A stretch of 64,000 bases of DNA from SAR324 cluster bacterium (GCA_015231885.1 JADGAT010000001.1:27436-91435); one strand, 5' to 3'. Counted from the stretch's first letter, positions 10,535 to 19,942 are shown. Notes: generated by a model from the letters alone, not told the origin. Numbers and translations: made by a program.

Positions 10535-12541
10535 ATGGAGGTCTTGAATTCTGCCCAACAAAATATTGTGTCTCATTACCATGGGCCTGCTTTAGTCATT
10601 GCAGGGGCAGGTAGTGGAAAAACTCGTGTGATTACTCATCGAGTTGCTGAGTTAATTCGTTCTGGCATTGATCCCTCCACTATCATGCTCCTGACGTTTA
10701 CCAATAAAGCCGCCAAAGAAATGGCAAATCGAGTTGCCCAGGCAACCAACCAGCAAAAAATAGAACATGCCATGATTCATGGTACTTTCCACAGCGTGGC
10801 CAACCGATTTTTAAGACGCCATGCCAAGCTATTGCTCTATGAGAATAATTTTTCAATTTTAGATAGTTCCGATTCCCGCGATTTGCTCAAGGCTGCTGTA
10901 GCAGAATCTATTGGCAAACCCAGTAAAAACTTTCCCAAAGCCGCTGTACTGCAAAATATATTTTCTCTTGCATTCAATCAGAATTGTGATGTGGCGACTC
11001 TTGAGCGAACTGAATACCTTCAACGATATTTTGATCTAGAATTACTGGTGGAACAACAATATCCTCATTTTTATCCGTTGATTCCAGAAATCCGAATGAT
11101 CCATGCTTCGTACCGCCACAAAAAACGACGTAATAATGCGTTGGATTTTGATGACTTATTAGAAAATTGGTTGGATCTCTTGTTAAAAAAGCAAAAAAGC
11201 CTTCCTTGGGTCGAGCAAATTCAGTTCATTCTGGTTGATGAATACCAAGATACCAACAAAGTACAGGCTTCCATCCTGGATCGTCTTGCTCAGGAACACA
11301 AAAATTTAATGGTAGTCGGCGATGATGCCCAATCTATTTATAGCTGGAGAGGAGCAAATTTTAAAAACATTCTTGACTTCCCCGTACGATATAATGCAGC
11401 TGTTTATCGCCTGGAACAAAACTATCGAAGCACACCTGATATCCTGGCATTGGCCAATAGTAGTATCAACCAGAATAAAGAGCAATTTCAAAAGGAACTG
11501 TATTCTCTCTTGCCTAATTTAGAAAGACCAGCCCTGTATCGTCTCTATGATTTAGAAAGTGAAGCGGAAATTGTTGTTGGACGCATTTTGGAGCTCAAAG
11601 ATCAAAACATCAGCTTAAATGAGATGAGCGTTCTCTATCGCAATCATGTGCAGTCAGCAACCCTGCAAGTCGCTTTGACACAAAGAGGCATTCCTTACAT
11701 TGTGCGATCAGGAGTTCAGTTTTTTGAACAAGCCCATATGAAAGATATTGTTTCGTTTTTAAAAATTATCTTCAACCCCTTAGATGAAATAGCCTGGATG
11801 CGTGTTTTGAAACTAATCCCTGGTGTGGGAAACACAACAGCACAGAAAATATTTCATGTCTTTCTAGAACAAAAAGCAGTACGTTTGACTTTTGATAATG
11901 TGGAACTACAAAAGAAAATTCCAAAGAAAGCAAAAGTTGCCTGGGAACAATTGCTCATCTGCTTCAAGCGGTTGTTGGAAGAAGGAACGACTCCTTCTCA
12001 AATGGTAGCCATTGTCTATCAAATGATCTATCGCGATTATCTTTTTGTCAGTTATGAAAATGCGGTGCAACGAGAAGCTGACATTGCTTACCTGGAAGAG
12101 TTTGCAGGAAAATATAAATCACTGGAACGATTACTCAATGAACTGTCGTTAGTCGGGACCACAGCCATCAAAGACTACGAAGCAGAACGATTTCAGGAAG
12201 ATGAGTGTTTGACTTTAACCACCATCCATCAAGCCAAAGGATTGGAATGGAACGTCGTGTTTGTGATCGGCTTGACAGAAGGGCAGTTTCCACATCAACG
12301 GTGCCTGGAACCACCAAGCCGCCTGGAAGAAGAACGGCGACTTTTTTATGTGGCAATGACTCGTGCACGCCGCTATTTAACGCTGACAGCTCCTATCGTC
12401 AGTAGTTCTTTTGGGGCAAACACCCTGTCATCCAGATCCAGATTTATCGAAGAATGTCCTCAGACCTTAATGTCATGTGTAACAACTCCTGGCACTGAAG
12501 ACATGTCGTATTCAAACTACAAGGCCCGTTTCACTTTCTGA
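10535..12541 (+). CDS. uvrD: ATP-dependent DNA helicase, UvrD/PcrA/Rep family
   Basis: Walker A GAGSGKTRVITHRVA, helicase motifs (DEYQDTN, VGDDAQSIYSWRGA) and a C-terminal UvrD_C region with QAKGLEWN. Confidence 0.85.
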   Translation: MEVLNSAQQNIVSHYHGPALVIAGAGSGKTRVITHRVAELIRSGIDPSTIMLLTFTNKAAKEMANRVAQATNQQKIEHAMIHGTFHSVANRFLRRHAKLLLYENNFSILDSSDSRDLLKAAVAESIGKPSKNFPKAAVLQNIFSLAFNQNCDVATLERTEYLQRYFDLELLVEQQYPHFYPLIPEIRMIHASYRHKKRRNNALDFDDLLENWLDLLLKKQKSLPWVEQIQFILVDEYQDTNKVQASILDRLAQEHKNLMVVGDDAQSIYSWRGANFKNILDFPVRYNAAVYRLEQNYRSTPDILALANSSINQNKEQFQKELYSLLPNLERPALYRLYDLESEAEIVVGRILELKDQNISLNEMSVLYRNHVQSATLQVALTQRGIPYIVRSGVQFFEQAHMKDIVSFLKIIFNPLDEIAWMRVLKLIPGVGNTTAQKIFHVFLEQKAVRLTFDNVELQKKIPKKAKVAWEQLLICFKRLLEEGTTPSQMVAIVYQMIYRDYLFVSYENAVQREADIAYLEEFAGKYKSLERLLNELSLVGTTAIKDYEAERFQEDECLTLTTIHQAKGLEWNVVFVIGLTEGQFPHQRCLEPPSRLEEERRLFYVAMTRARRYLTLTAPIVSSSFGANTLSSRSRFIEECPQTLMSCVTTPGTEDMSYSNYKARFTF

Positions 12542-12701
12542 TGGCCTGTTCGTAATGGACTCACCACGCTGTTCTTCATAGTAATTGCCAGTAATTCGGA
12601 TACCCTCTTTTTTACCAACGTGATAAGCAATCGGAGCTACAACGGCAATCAATAATGCAATTGCTCCAACATGTATGCTGAGTAACATCATAGAAACTCT
12701 T

Positions 12702-12859
12702 CTAAGGAAGGCGAAAATAATAACATGAGAAAGTTATGCGGGATTTTCATCGAGATTCAAGGCGTTTTATCGGGCGCATAGCTTGCACCGGTAAAGCAAC
12801 GCAGAAGATCGTTGAAAAGACAAGTAGATTTGCTAAGTTATTGTTTGAGCATTCCTAAG
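12702..12859 (+). repeat. dispersed ~158 bp MITE-like repeat, copy 1
   Basis: Sequence CTAAGGAAGGCGAAAATAATAAC...GTTATTGTTTGAGCATTCCTAAG. About 23 bp imperfect terminal inverted repeat, flanked by TAA on both sides. Confidence 0.85.
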
Positions 12860-13262
12860 CCAAATCTTTCAAATTATTGATGATGAGCCGAACACTACTG
12901 CGAACCTCTTCCAAATCGAGTCCGTCTTCTGATGCAAAATAAGGATGTGTTTCCGGATTCATGTCAAGGCGATGCATCACTTTGGTAATGTACTCTCGTT
13001 CTTCGTCCTCAAATATATTATCAGCACTTGCTACCAACACGAGGACATCAATCAAAATCTGTTTCCCTTCTTCGGATTTTAATCCCTCAATCGCATCTTC
13101 TAATGATAGCTTTTGCCTGATGGTTTCCAACTCTTCGTTGTTGACACCAATTGCTTTAAACAAGGCAAACAGCACCTTTTTTTCCATCGGATGGAGTTCA
13201 CCATCAGCAGCAGCCATGTGTTTGGCTAAAAACAAAATATCCAGAAATTCTTCACGTTCCAT
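12855..13262 (-). CDS. TerB-like (tellurite-resistance/DjlA N-terminal-like) small acidic protein
   Basis: 135 aa helical acidic protein whose pattern (LAKHMAAADGELHPMEKKVL, ASADNIFEDEEREYI) resembles the TerB family. The stop codon lies inside the terminus of repeat copy 1. Confidence 0.5.
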   Translation of the reverse strand: MEREEFLDILFLAKHMAAADGELHPMEKKVLFALFKAIGVNNEELETIRQKLSLEDAIEGLKSEEGKQILIDVLVLVASADNIFEDEEREYITKVMHRLDMNPETHPYFASEDGLDLEEVRSSVRLIINNLKDLA

Positions 13263-13473
13263 ATTTTATTTCCAAAATACAAGGTTTCAAATCTCATCTT
13301 GTAATCAGGATCACACCAATCGTATTGATGGGTCCTTATTGAGTTTATATTAGATTAACCAATAAATAACTAATTTAAACAACGATTGCCAATAAAATAT
13401 TTTAAAATTAGTGAATAGATTCACGAACAGGACAAAGAGTCGTCAAGATCAGTCATACCAATAGAAATTCGGC

Positions 13474-13500
13474 TTGACAAATATTATATAATATTAGTAT
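13474..13500 (+). promoter_or_regulatory. candidate sigma70-type promoter for tRNA-Gln (TTGACA ... TAGTAT)
   Basis: TTGACA at 13474-13479. An AT-rich spacer of about 15 nt precedes TAGTAT at 13495-13500, which is about 14 nt upstream of the tRNA 5' end. The spacing is suboptimal. Confidence 0.3.
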
Positions 13501-13514
13501 TTTAGTCATTTATT

Positions 13515-13589
13515 TGGGGTGTAGCCAAGTGGTAAGGCAGCGGGTTTTGATCCCGTCATCCGCAGGTTCGATCCCTGCCACCCCAGCCA
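13515..13589 (+). tRNA. tRNA-Gln (anticodon UUG)
   Basis: Cloverleaf folded by hand. Acceptor UGGGGUG/CACCCCA with a U1-A72 pair typical of bacterial tRNA-Gln. D-arm GCC...GGC. Anticodon stem GCGGG/CCCGU with loop UUUUGAU, giving anticodon UUG. T-arm GCAGG-UUCGAUC-CCUGC, discriminator G and an encoded CCA. Confidence 0.9.
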
Positions 13590-13822
13590 ATCTCATAGAG
13601 GATTCAGGAATAATATTCGTTTTAGTGGCCTCCTGATAAACCATCGCGCAGATTCTTGGTTGCTTCATCATTTTAAAATTGAATATTGGCAAAAATTAGC
13701 CTAAGTACTCTCTTTAGAGCTACAGAAAATCATGATCATGAATTCATGGTAAGTTTTTGTATAGAAGTTGTTTTGTAATTTAGTCATATTTGGCTGATAA
13801 AATTGGACCATTAACCATTTGG

Positions 13823-14143
13823 AGTGTAGAGATGACTTACGTAGTAATGGAAAACTGTGACAATTGTAAATATACCGATTGTGTAGAAGTATGCCCAGTA
13901 GAGGCTTTTCACGAAGCACCCACAATCCTGTATATCAATCCAGAAACATGCATTGATTGTAATGCCTGTGTCGAAGAATGTCCAGTAGAAGCAATTTATG
14001 CAGAAGAAGATTTACCGGAAGAATTTGCTGAGTGGACAGAAATAAATGCCACTAAGTGCGAAGAATTCCCGGTTATTACTGAGAAACAAGATGCCCTGCC
14101 TACAGCAAGAACACTGGAGGAGATACAGGCCAGTCGCGGATAA
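13823..14143 (+). CDS. fdxA: 7Fe ferredoxin (FdxA-like, [3Fe-4S][4Fe-4S])
   Basis: MTYVV... start with GGAGTG 6 nt upstream. Two cysteine clusters (CDNCKYTDCVEVCP and CIDCNACVEECP) plus an acidic C-terminal extension typical of Azotobacter-type 7Fe ferredoxins. I prefer the ATG at 13823 to the upstream ATG at 13790. Confidence 0.85.
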   Translation, partial: SVEMTYVVMENCDNCKYTDCVEVCPVEAFHEAPTILYINPETCIDCNACVEECPVEAIYAEEDLPEEFAEWTEINATKCEEFPVITEKQDALPTARTLEEIQASRG

Positions 14144-14251
14144 TTCCTGGACACAAAAAAGTATTTCCAATCAGCGATTGATTCTCTAAAAATCGGCATT
14201 GACAGTCAGTGGTGTCTAAAATTCTGCAAACAGAGTTATTGCGAAGGAAAT

Positions 14252-14776
14252 ATGAGTTTATACATACGAATTCAAGATATTTCCGACCACAAATCCTTTC
14301 ATCATAGTGGAGAAGTCCCATTAGCAAACATGGAAGATCTTGTCACTCTTGCAGGAAAACAAACAGGCTGTGCTGATTTTGATTTACAATTGTCCCGCAG
14401 CGAAGAAATTATTTTCCTAAAGGGAGCAATTGAAGGCAAGATAAATTTAGATTGTGACCGCTGTTTAGAGAGGTTTGAGCATTGTTTCGAAGAGAGCTTT
14501 TCTCTAACCCTGTCACCAGTGGTCCCTCAACAATCACTGGCTAAAGATCAGGTTTTATCGTCCGAAGACCTGGAGGTTGGATTTTACCAAGGAGAATCGA
14601 TTGGCTTACTACAGATTTTGGAAGAACAAGTTGTATTGGGAATACCAATGAAGAGGATTTGTTCTGAAACATGTAAAGGATTTTGTTCTCAGTGTGGAAT
14701 AAATCTGAATTTAAAAGCATGTATTTGTCTTCCCCCAGATCAGCTAGATCACCCATTTTCGGATCTTCGTAGGTAG
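14252..14776 (+). CDS. yceD: YceD/DUF177 family protein (upstream partner of rpmF)
   Basis: Cys-containing C-terminus (CDRCLERF...CKGFCSQCGINLN), acidic composition, and conserved synteny immediately upstream of rpmF-plsX. Confidence 0.7.
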   Translation: MSLYIRIQDISDHKSFHHSGEVPLANMEDLVTLAGKQTGCADFDLQLSRSEEIIFLKGAIEGKINLDCDRCLERFEHCFEESFSLTLSPVVPQQSLAKDQVLSSEDLEVGFYQGESIGLLQILEEQVVLGIPMKRICSETCKGFCSQCGINLNLKACICLPPDQLDHPFSDLRR

Positions 14777-14833
14777 TTATCTCTTCATAAATCCAGCATT
14801 TATTTGCAAAAAACACTTATCACCCTTTCATTG

Positions 14834-14979
14834 GAAGGCAAAAATAATACATGCTAAAGTTATGCAGGATTTTCAACGAGATTCAAGACGCTTTATTGGT
14901 TACATAAGCCGGTAAGGCAATGCAGAAGATCGTTAAAAAGGCAAATAGATTTGGTGAGTTATTGTTTGAGCATTCCTTA
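14834..14979 (+). repeat. MITE-like repeat, copy 2 (diverged; fills the yceD-rpmF intergenic region)
   Basis: Aligns with the family over GGAAGGCAAAAATAATACATG...GTTATTGTTTGAGCATTCCTTA, with multiple substitutions and indels. Confidence 0.7.
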
Positions 14980-14997
14980 TCCATTTTGGAGTAAATC

Positions 14998-15189
14998 ATG
15001 GCCGTACCTAAACGCAGAGTTTCACGAGTAAAACGCGATTCCAGGCGCTCACATAATACAAAATTGAAGACCCCAGGCTTGAGTGTTTGTACAAATTGCC
15101 GCACATTGATCCTTCCCCACCGTATCTGTCCTCATTGTGGTCATTATAAAGGGGTTGCTGTTATTGAAACAGACAGTAGTTTAGTATAA
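14998..15189 (+). CDS. rpmF: 50S ribosomal protein L32
   Basis: MAVPKRRVSRVKRDSRRSH N-terminus and a zinc-ribbon CxxC...CxxC region. Confidence 0.9.
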   Translation: MAVPKRRVSRVKRDSRRSHNTKLKTPGLSVCTNCRTLILPHRICPHCGHYKGVAVIETDSSLV

Positions 15190-15244
15190 CCAAAGTCCGT
15201 TAGCTGCAATAGCAACGCACTACATACTTGTAAACTCAAGGAGA

Positions 15245-16282
15245 ATGATGGCAATTGCAATTGATGCCATGGGCGGAGATTACGCCGTAACAGTACCAGT
15301 GGAAGGTGCTGTGAATGCAGTTAATGATTTTGGCATCGATGTAATTTTGGTGGGCAAACAAACCGAAATTGAAACCGAGTTAAAACGATACAACTATAAC
15401 GAGAGTAAACTCCACATTGAAAATTGCTCAGAGGTCGTGGAGATGCACGAATCTCCAGCGCAAGCACTGCGCCAGAAAAAAGATTCTTCAATACGAATTG
15501 CAGTCAACCTTCATCGCAACAAACAAGCTGATGCAGTCGTAACGGCAGGGCACACAGGGGCATCCATGGCCACTGCAAAGTTTGTCTTAAAATCCATCCA
15601 GGGAATTGACCGTCCTGCTATTGCGACAGTCATGCCTTCCTTAAAAAACCCCTGTGTTATTCTCGATATTGGAGCAAATGCTGATTGCAAACCAGAATAC
15701 TTGCTTCAGTTCGCCTTAATGGGAGATGCTTTTTCTCGCTGTTTACTCAGCGTAAAATCCCCTCGTGTTGCTCTCCTTAGTAATGGAGAAGAAGAAGGAA
15801 AAGGAAATCTTCTGGTCAAAGAAAGTTATGATCTGCTCAAAGAAAGCACCCTGAACTTTATTGGCAACGTGGAAGGAAAAACCATGTTTCAAGGTTTAGC
15901 CGATGTGATTGTTTGTGATGGATTTGTGGGAAATATCACCCTCAAAGTAGCAGAAGGAACCTTTGACTTCATCAAGCAAGTACTCAGGGATGAAGTTTCT
16001 AAATCATGGGTTGCCAAATTAGGTTACTTAGGAATGAGAAATCCATTTCAGTCATTAAGAAAACGAGCCGAATACACAGACTGGGGAGGAGCTCCATTAT
16101 TGGGCATTCAAGGCATGGTCATTATTTGCCACGGCAATTCAACAGCACACACTTATCGAAATGCGATCAAGCATGCTCAGGAATGTGTAGACCTCGGGTT
16201 GAATGAAATGATTGCAAGAGAAATTATGGAAAATGAAACTCTGCTTCAAACAGCAGAGTCAAAAGCAGTGGTTGCCATTTAG
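15245..16282 (+). CDS. plsX: phosphate acyltransferase PlsX
   Basis: N-terminus IAIDAMGGDYA, conserved HTGASMA region, and rpmF-plsX synteny. Confidence 0.9.
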   Translation: MMAIAIDAMGGDYAVTVPVEGAVNAVNDFGIDVILVGKQTEIETELKRYNYNESKLHIENCSEVVEMHESPAQALRQKKDSSIRIAVNLHRNKQADAVVTAGHTGASMATAKFVLKSIQGIDRPAIATVMPSLKNPCVILDIGANADCKPEYLLQFALMGDAFSRCLLSVKSPRVALLSNGEEEGKGNLLVKESYDLLKESTLNFIGNVEGKTMFQGLADVIVCDGFVGNITLKVAEGTFDFIKQVLRDEVSKSWVAKLGYLGMRNPFQSLRKRAEYTDWGGAPLLGIQGMVIICHGNSTAHTYRNAIKHAQECVDLGLNEMIAREIMENETLLQTAESKAVVAI

Positions 16283-16851
16283 ATAAATCCTTTTTCTGTC
16301 AAAATCGCATCCATTGGAATGTCATGAGGCAGTTGAGGAATAGAGTCAACCACTTGGAAATCAAAAGCAAGCCCCAAAAAAAAAGCATGAATTTGGGATA
16401 AAAAACGATCATAATACCCTTTTCCATATCCCAGCCTACCGCCTTTTTCATCAAAAGCAACACCTGGTACAATCACTAAGTCAATTTGTTCTAACTCAAT
16501 GGATTGTCGCATTGCCGAGATGGGTTCCTTTATATTAAATTTTCCTGCTTGTAACTGGTTAAAACTGGTTAAGGGGGAATGGCCCAATACAAAGTTGTTC
16601 CCCACCATATAGGGAACAACAACGGTTTTTTTTATTTTCCAGCAGCTTTCAATAACAGAAACGGTTTGAGGCTCCTCCGATTGGTTTAGAAAAATATGAA
16701 CAACTTCCGCTTTTTGGAAAATAGGCCACTGCACAAGATGTCCATTTATTTTTTGAGAGGCCTGCTCTCGCTGCAAGGCAGAAAATTGAGCCCGCTGAGC
16801 CAATATTTTCTGACGGATTGATGATCTTTTGTCATAGTCATTTTGATACAT
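16279..16851 (-). CDS. 5-formyltetrahydrofolate cyclo-ligase family protein
   Basis: GYGKGYYDRFL motif characteristic of the MTHFS family. The start is placed at the internal Met (MYQNDYDK...) so it does not overlap the upstream response-regulator gene. Confidence 0.6.
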   Translation of the reverse strand: MYQNDYDKRSSIRQKILAQRAQFSALQREQASQKINGHLVQWPIFQKAEVVHIFLNQSEEPQTVSVIESCWKIKKTVVVPYMVGNNFVLGHSPLTSFNQLQAGKFNIKEPISAMRQSIELEQIDLVIVPGVAFDEKGGRLGYGKGYYDRFLSQIHAFFLGLAFDFQVVDSIPQLPHDIPMDAILTEKGFI

Positions 16852-16882
16852 TTTGCACGAGCCGAGATGAACAGCAGAGAAA

Positions 16883-17305
16883 CTACATGGACGAATGCTT
16901 TTTATAGAGAGCATTCCAGCGAGAAACACGACGAGCCGCTTCATTGATAGTTCGGATGATATTATCTATTTTTATTGGCTTTTCAAAATAGTCATAAGCT
17001 CCTCCTTTCATGCACTGAATCACATATTCCAGATTACTGTGCGCTGTAATCACATAAACCTGGATCAACGGATTCAGTTCCTTAATCTCACGTAGTAATT
17101 CCACACCTGTCATTTCAGCCATTTGAATATCAGTAATCACAACATGAAAATGACTCCTTTGCAGAGCAGACAATGCCTCTTCGGCTGTTTTTTCTAGGCT
17201 GACATGGTGGCCCAGTTTGGTCAGGGCCTTGTTCAGTATCATCCTCACATTGTCATCATCATCAACAACTAAAATATGAAGTGGGGTGAGTTCCTCTTTT
17301 TTCAT
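16883..17305 (-). CDS. single-domain response regulator (CheY-like receiver)
   Basis: Receiver motifs ILVVDDD, phospho-acceptor D in VVITDIQMAEM and K in YDYFEKP. The start is placed at MKKEEL, which has an AAAGGAA RBS. Confidence 0.8.
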   Translation of the reverse strand: MKKEELTPLHILVVDDDDNVRMILNKALTKLGHHVSLEKTAEEALSALQRSHFHVVITDIQMAEMTGVELLREIKELNPLIQVYVITAHSNLEYVIQCMKGGAYDYFEKPIKIDNIIRTINEAARRVSRWNALYKKHSSM

Positions 17306-17335
17306 CACATTCCTTTCTATGCATTCACACAAATG

Positions 17336-18205
17336 TTAAGGAAGAGTCATTAGGCTCTTTAGAAATTCAATCCGATCACTTGCCGTCATTACTGCATTGC
17401 CAATCAAAACAGCATCATAAGGCAGAGGCTCAATTTTCTGAACATCTGCGGATTTATCAATACAACTGGCACTGATTAAAATTTTTCCATCTTGCTGTTT
17501 CCAAGCCTGCAACTCTTTTTCAGTATTCCACCACTGCACACTCACATCAATACTGCCTTGGTGATATGTTTGTGTCGGGTCTGCAGGAATTGCGGCAATG
17601 GGGCGGTTGTTGATTAATAGAATATCCGGATTGGCCTGAAGCGCCCTGGGTAATTCCTGTGGCAATGAACACTCAACCACAGCTTCCATGCCTGTCTGCT
17701 TTGCTTTTTCAATCATCTCCTTCAATTCTGCTTCCCCAAAATAATGAACAAGAATCAACGCAGCACTTGCTCCACAAAGACGACCTTGTAACAATTGATA
17801 AGGACTCACAATGAATTCTTTGTGTAGGAGTGGTAATTTTACCAAGCGGTGAACAGCAGACAATATTTCTAAAGAACCACCAAAGTATTTCTGATCGGTC
17901 AACACAGATATTGCTCTGACACCAGCCTTTTCATAATCACGGACTATTGCCTCCGGATCCAGTATTTTTACATTTTCTCGATTCGGGGCTTTTGCTTTGA
18001 CCTCTGCAATGATAGAAAGTGGTTGATTAACGGAGCGGCAAATGGATTGGGAAAACGGAATCGCTGATGGTAGATCCCTGACTTGATGCCATAACTCCTT
18101 TTCAGAAAGCCTTGATTTTTGCTGTGCGATCTCCTCTAATTTTTCTGTACGCACTTTATCTAAAAATGTCTGCAAAATTTCTCCTGATTCCCTTCGTCTA
18201 TCCAT
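17336..18205 (-). CDS. trpC: indole-3-glycerol phosphate synthase-like protein (TrpC family)
   Basis: AISVLTDQKYFGGS, EVKAKAPNREN, LHKEFIVSPYQ and LINNR motifs parallel the E. coli IGPS motifs ECKKASPSKG, AISVLTDEKYFQGS, CKDFIIDPYQ and GINNRDL. The start is placed at MDRRRESG. Confidence 0.65.
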   Translation of the reverse strand: MDRRRESGEILQTFLDKVRTEKLEEIAQQKSRLSEKELWHQVRDLPSAIPFSQSICRSVNQPLSIIAEVKAKAPNRENVKILDPEAIVRDYEKAGVRAISVLTDQKYFGGSLEILSAVHRLVKLPLLHKEFIVSPYQLLQGRLCGASAALILVHYFGEAELKEMIEKAKQTGMEAVVECSLPQELPRALQANPDILLINNRPIAAIPADPTQTYHQGSIDVSVQWWNTEKELQAWKQQDGKILISASCIDKSADVQKIEPLPYDAVLIGNAVMTASDRIEFLKSLMTLP

Positions 18206-18302
18206 GTAAAACTTAGTAATTTTGCTTTCCTGGCAGGAAAGACCTTCCATCAATTTGGATAAAAAAACAGAAAAGTACAATCTAATAGTAACAACCCCTG
18301 AT

Positions 18303-18959
18303 ATGCCTATGAAGAAACTCATAATTTTTTTGGGAATGATGATACTGTTAATAGCTGGGAGTGTTTCCCAGCATCAATTTTTATTAACCCAATATGCTCA
18401 TTTATTCACAGTCAATAATGCCACCAAAGGAGCCGATGCATTAGTTGTTCTTTCCGGCGGTATGATGACCCGTTTGCCCTACGCCATTGAATTGTACCAA
18501 CAACAATATGCCCCAGTTATTCTTTTCACAGAAGAAAAAAAGCGGATCGTTTCGCCCAAATTAGAAAGCTTGGTAAGCTCCAACATGGAAGTGGCCAGAA
18601 AAATCATGACAGCTTTGAAAGCGAATGTGAAGTTCCGTGTGGTACCTTCTGCCAAAGGAGGAGCAACTTCTACCTTTGATGAAGCATATGACTTGCTCCA
18701 ATACGGGCGCCAACACCACTTTAAGCGTGTCATTATTGTCAGTGATGCATTTCATACACGTCGAGCCCTTTATGCATTTAAAAAAATATTTGAAAATAGT
18801 GACATCCAGATAGAAGCAATGGGGGCTCCCAATGCTATCTTTGATGAAACAAACTGGTGGCAGGCTGATGTGGGAATTTCTACTTATGTTCTGGAAGGGA
18901 TCAAATACATGGTGTACCGGTTCACCAACCAAAATGTTTCTTTTGTGAAAAATTATTAG
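18303..18959 (+). CDS. YdcF/ElyC (DUF218) family membrane-anchored protein
   Basis: N-terminal TM helix, then a VVLSGG motif and a DUF218-like Rossmann region (IIVSDAFHTRRA). Confidence 0.5.
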   Translation: MPMKKLIIFLGMMILLIAGSVSQHQFLLTQYAHLFTVNNATKGADALVVLSGGMMTRLPYAIELYQQQYAPVILFTEEKKRIVSPKLESLVSSNMEVARKIMTALKANVKFRVVPSAKGGATSTFDEAYDLLQYGRQHHFKRVIIVSDAFHTRRALYAFKKIFENSDIQIEAMGAPNAIFDETNWWQADVGISTYVLEGIKYMVYRFTNQNVSFVKNY

Positions 18960-18985
18960 TTTTCCACCGAAACAAATAGTTTCAA

Positions 18986-19792
18986 TTATGTATCAGTTGT
19001 TTCACCCTGTTTCGTATCAGCCTTTTTTTTACGGGGCTCCACCATCCTAGAAACCAAAATACTGATTTCATACAAAACAATAAGGGGGCCCGCCATCAAG
19101 GTCTGAGTGAAAACATCCGGTGGGGTAAGGATAGCAGCAACAACAAAAATGACGATGATAGCAAATTTACGATTGCTCCGAAGCCATTGTGCATCAATGA
19201 CACCAAGCCGAGTTAGAAACAGGGAAATGATGGGCAACTCAAAAATTGCTCCAAATGCAAAAAGAATACGGATTGTCAGAGTCAAATAGTTACTCATCCG
19301 CAAGGAAGGTTCGGTGAATAGATTTTGGAAACTGAGAAAAAAATCATAGCCAAAGGGCAGTACAATAAAATAGCCAAATAATCCTCCTCCTACAAAAAGA
19401 GGATAGGAGATGAACAAAAATGGCCAAAACAGTTTCTGTTCTTGAGGATAGAGAGCGGGCTTAGCAAAAAGCCATAATTGCCCTAGAGAAATAGGAAGAG
19501 TAAAAAAAATACTGGCGTACAAACCAACCCTTAGGTAAGTAAAAAAAGGTTCTGTCAATTCATCAAAAACCAGAGGAATCTTACGAGCGTCCAAGGGGTT
19601 GCGAAGTAGGGTCAAGATCGGCTGATTGAGTTCAATCTCAATAGTCGTTGCGATCACAAAACCAACGAATATAAAAGCTCCTGCAATGAGTATACGCTTT
19701 CTCAATTCTCCCAGATGCTCTTGTAGTGGCATAGGGGGGTCGTGCGGATTCTCTTTAGAAGCATAATTTATGGTTTTTTTGGTATTCGGCAT
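18986..19792 (-). CDS. tatC: twin-arginine translocase subunit TatC
   Basis: Six-TM protein with the TatC N-terminal LxEHLxELRxR-type motif (LQEHLGELRKRIL) and conserved P/F-rich loops. Confidence 0.85.
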   Translation of the reverse strand: MPNTKKTINYASKENPHDPPMPLQEHLGELRKRILIAGAFIFVGFVIATTIEIELNQPILTLLRNPLDARKIPLVFDELTEPFFTYLRVGLYASIFFTLPISLGQLWLFAKPALYPQEQKLFWPFLFISYPLFVGGGLFGYFIVLPFGYDFFLSFQNLFTEPSLRMSNYLTLTIRILFAFGAIFELPIISLFLTRLGVIDAQWLRSNRKFAIIVIFVVAAILTPPDVFTQTLMAGPLIVLYEISILVSRMVEPRKKKADTKQGETTDT

Positions 19793-19942
19793 GGTTTCTT
19801 AGTAAGATTTTTTAAAAAGGAATTGTTTCGTTTTTTGTTGTATGTCAAATTTTATTATCATGAACTGCCAGACCCGAATGCAGTTCTGTGAAAAACGGCA
19901 CCATGGGTTGAGTTATGCCGCAATACAAAGGAGTGATCAAAA

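Noticed and set aside
12512-12691. 59-aa single-TM ORF on the minus strand between uvrD and repeat copy 1
   Set aside because: It overlaps the uvrD 3' end by 30 nt, has a weak RBS, and has no recognisable family. It might be real but is unsupported.
12725-12781. 18-codon mini-ORF inside the repeat (MRKLCGIFIEIQGVLSGA)
   Set aside because: It is intact only in copies 1, 2 and 6. Copies 3, 4 and 5 have ATGTGA, an immediate stop. It is not conserved as coding sequence.
13790-13822. Upstream ATG start for the ferredoxin ORF (MADKIGPLTIW...)
   Set aside because: 7Fe ferredoxins begin near MTYVV. The ATG at 13823 has a GGAG-containing RBS, and the upstream extension has no homology.
14199-14227. 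TTGACA upstream of yceD as a sigma70 promoter
   Set aside because: There is no acceptable -10 hexamer at 16-18 nt spacing. TAAAAT lies only 12 nt downstream.
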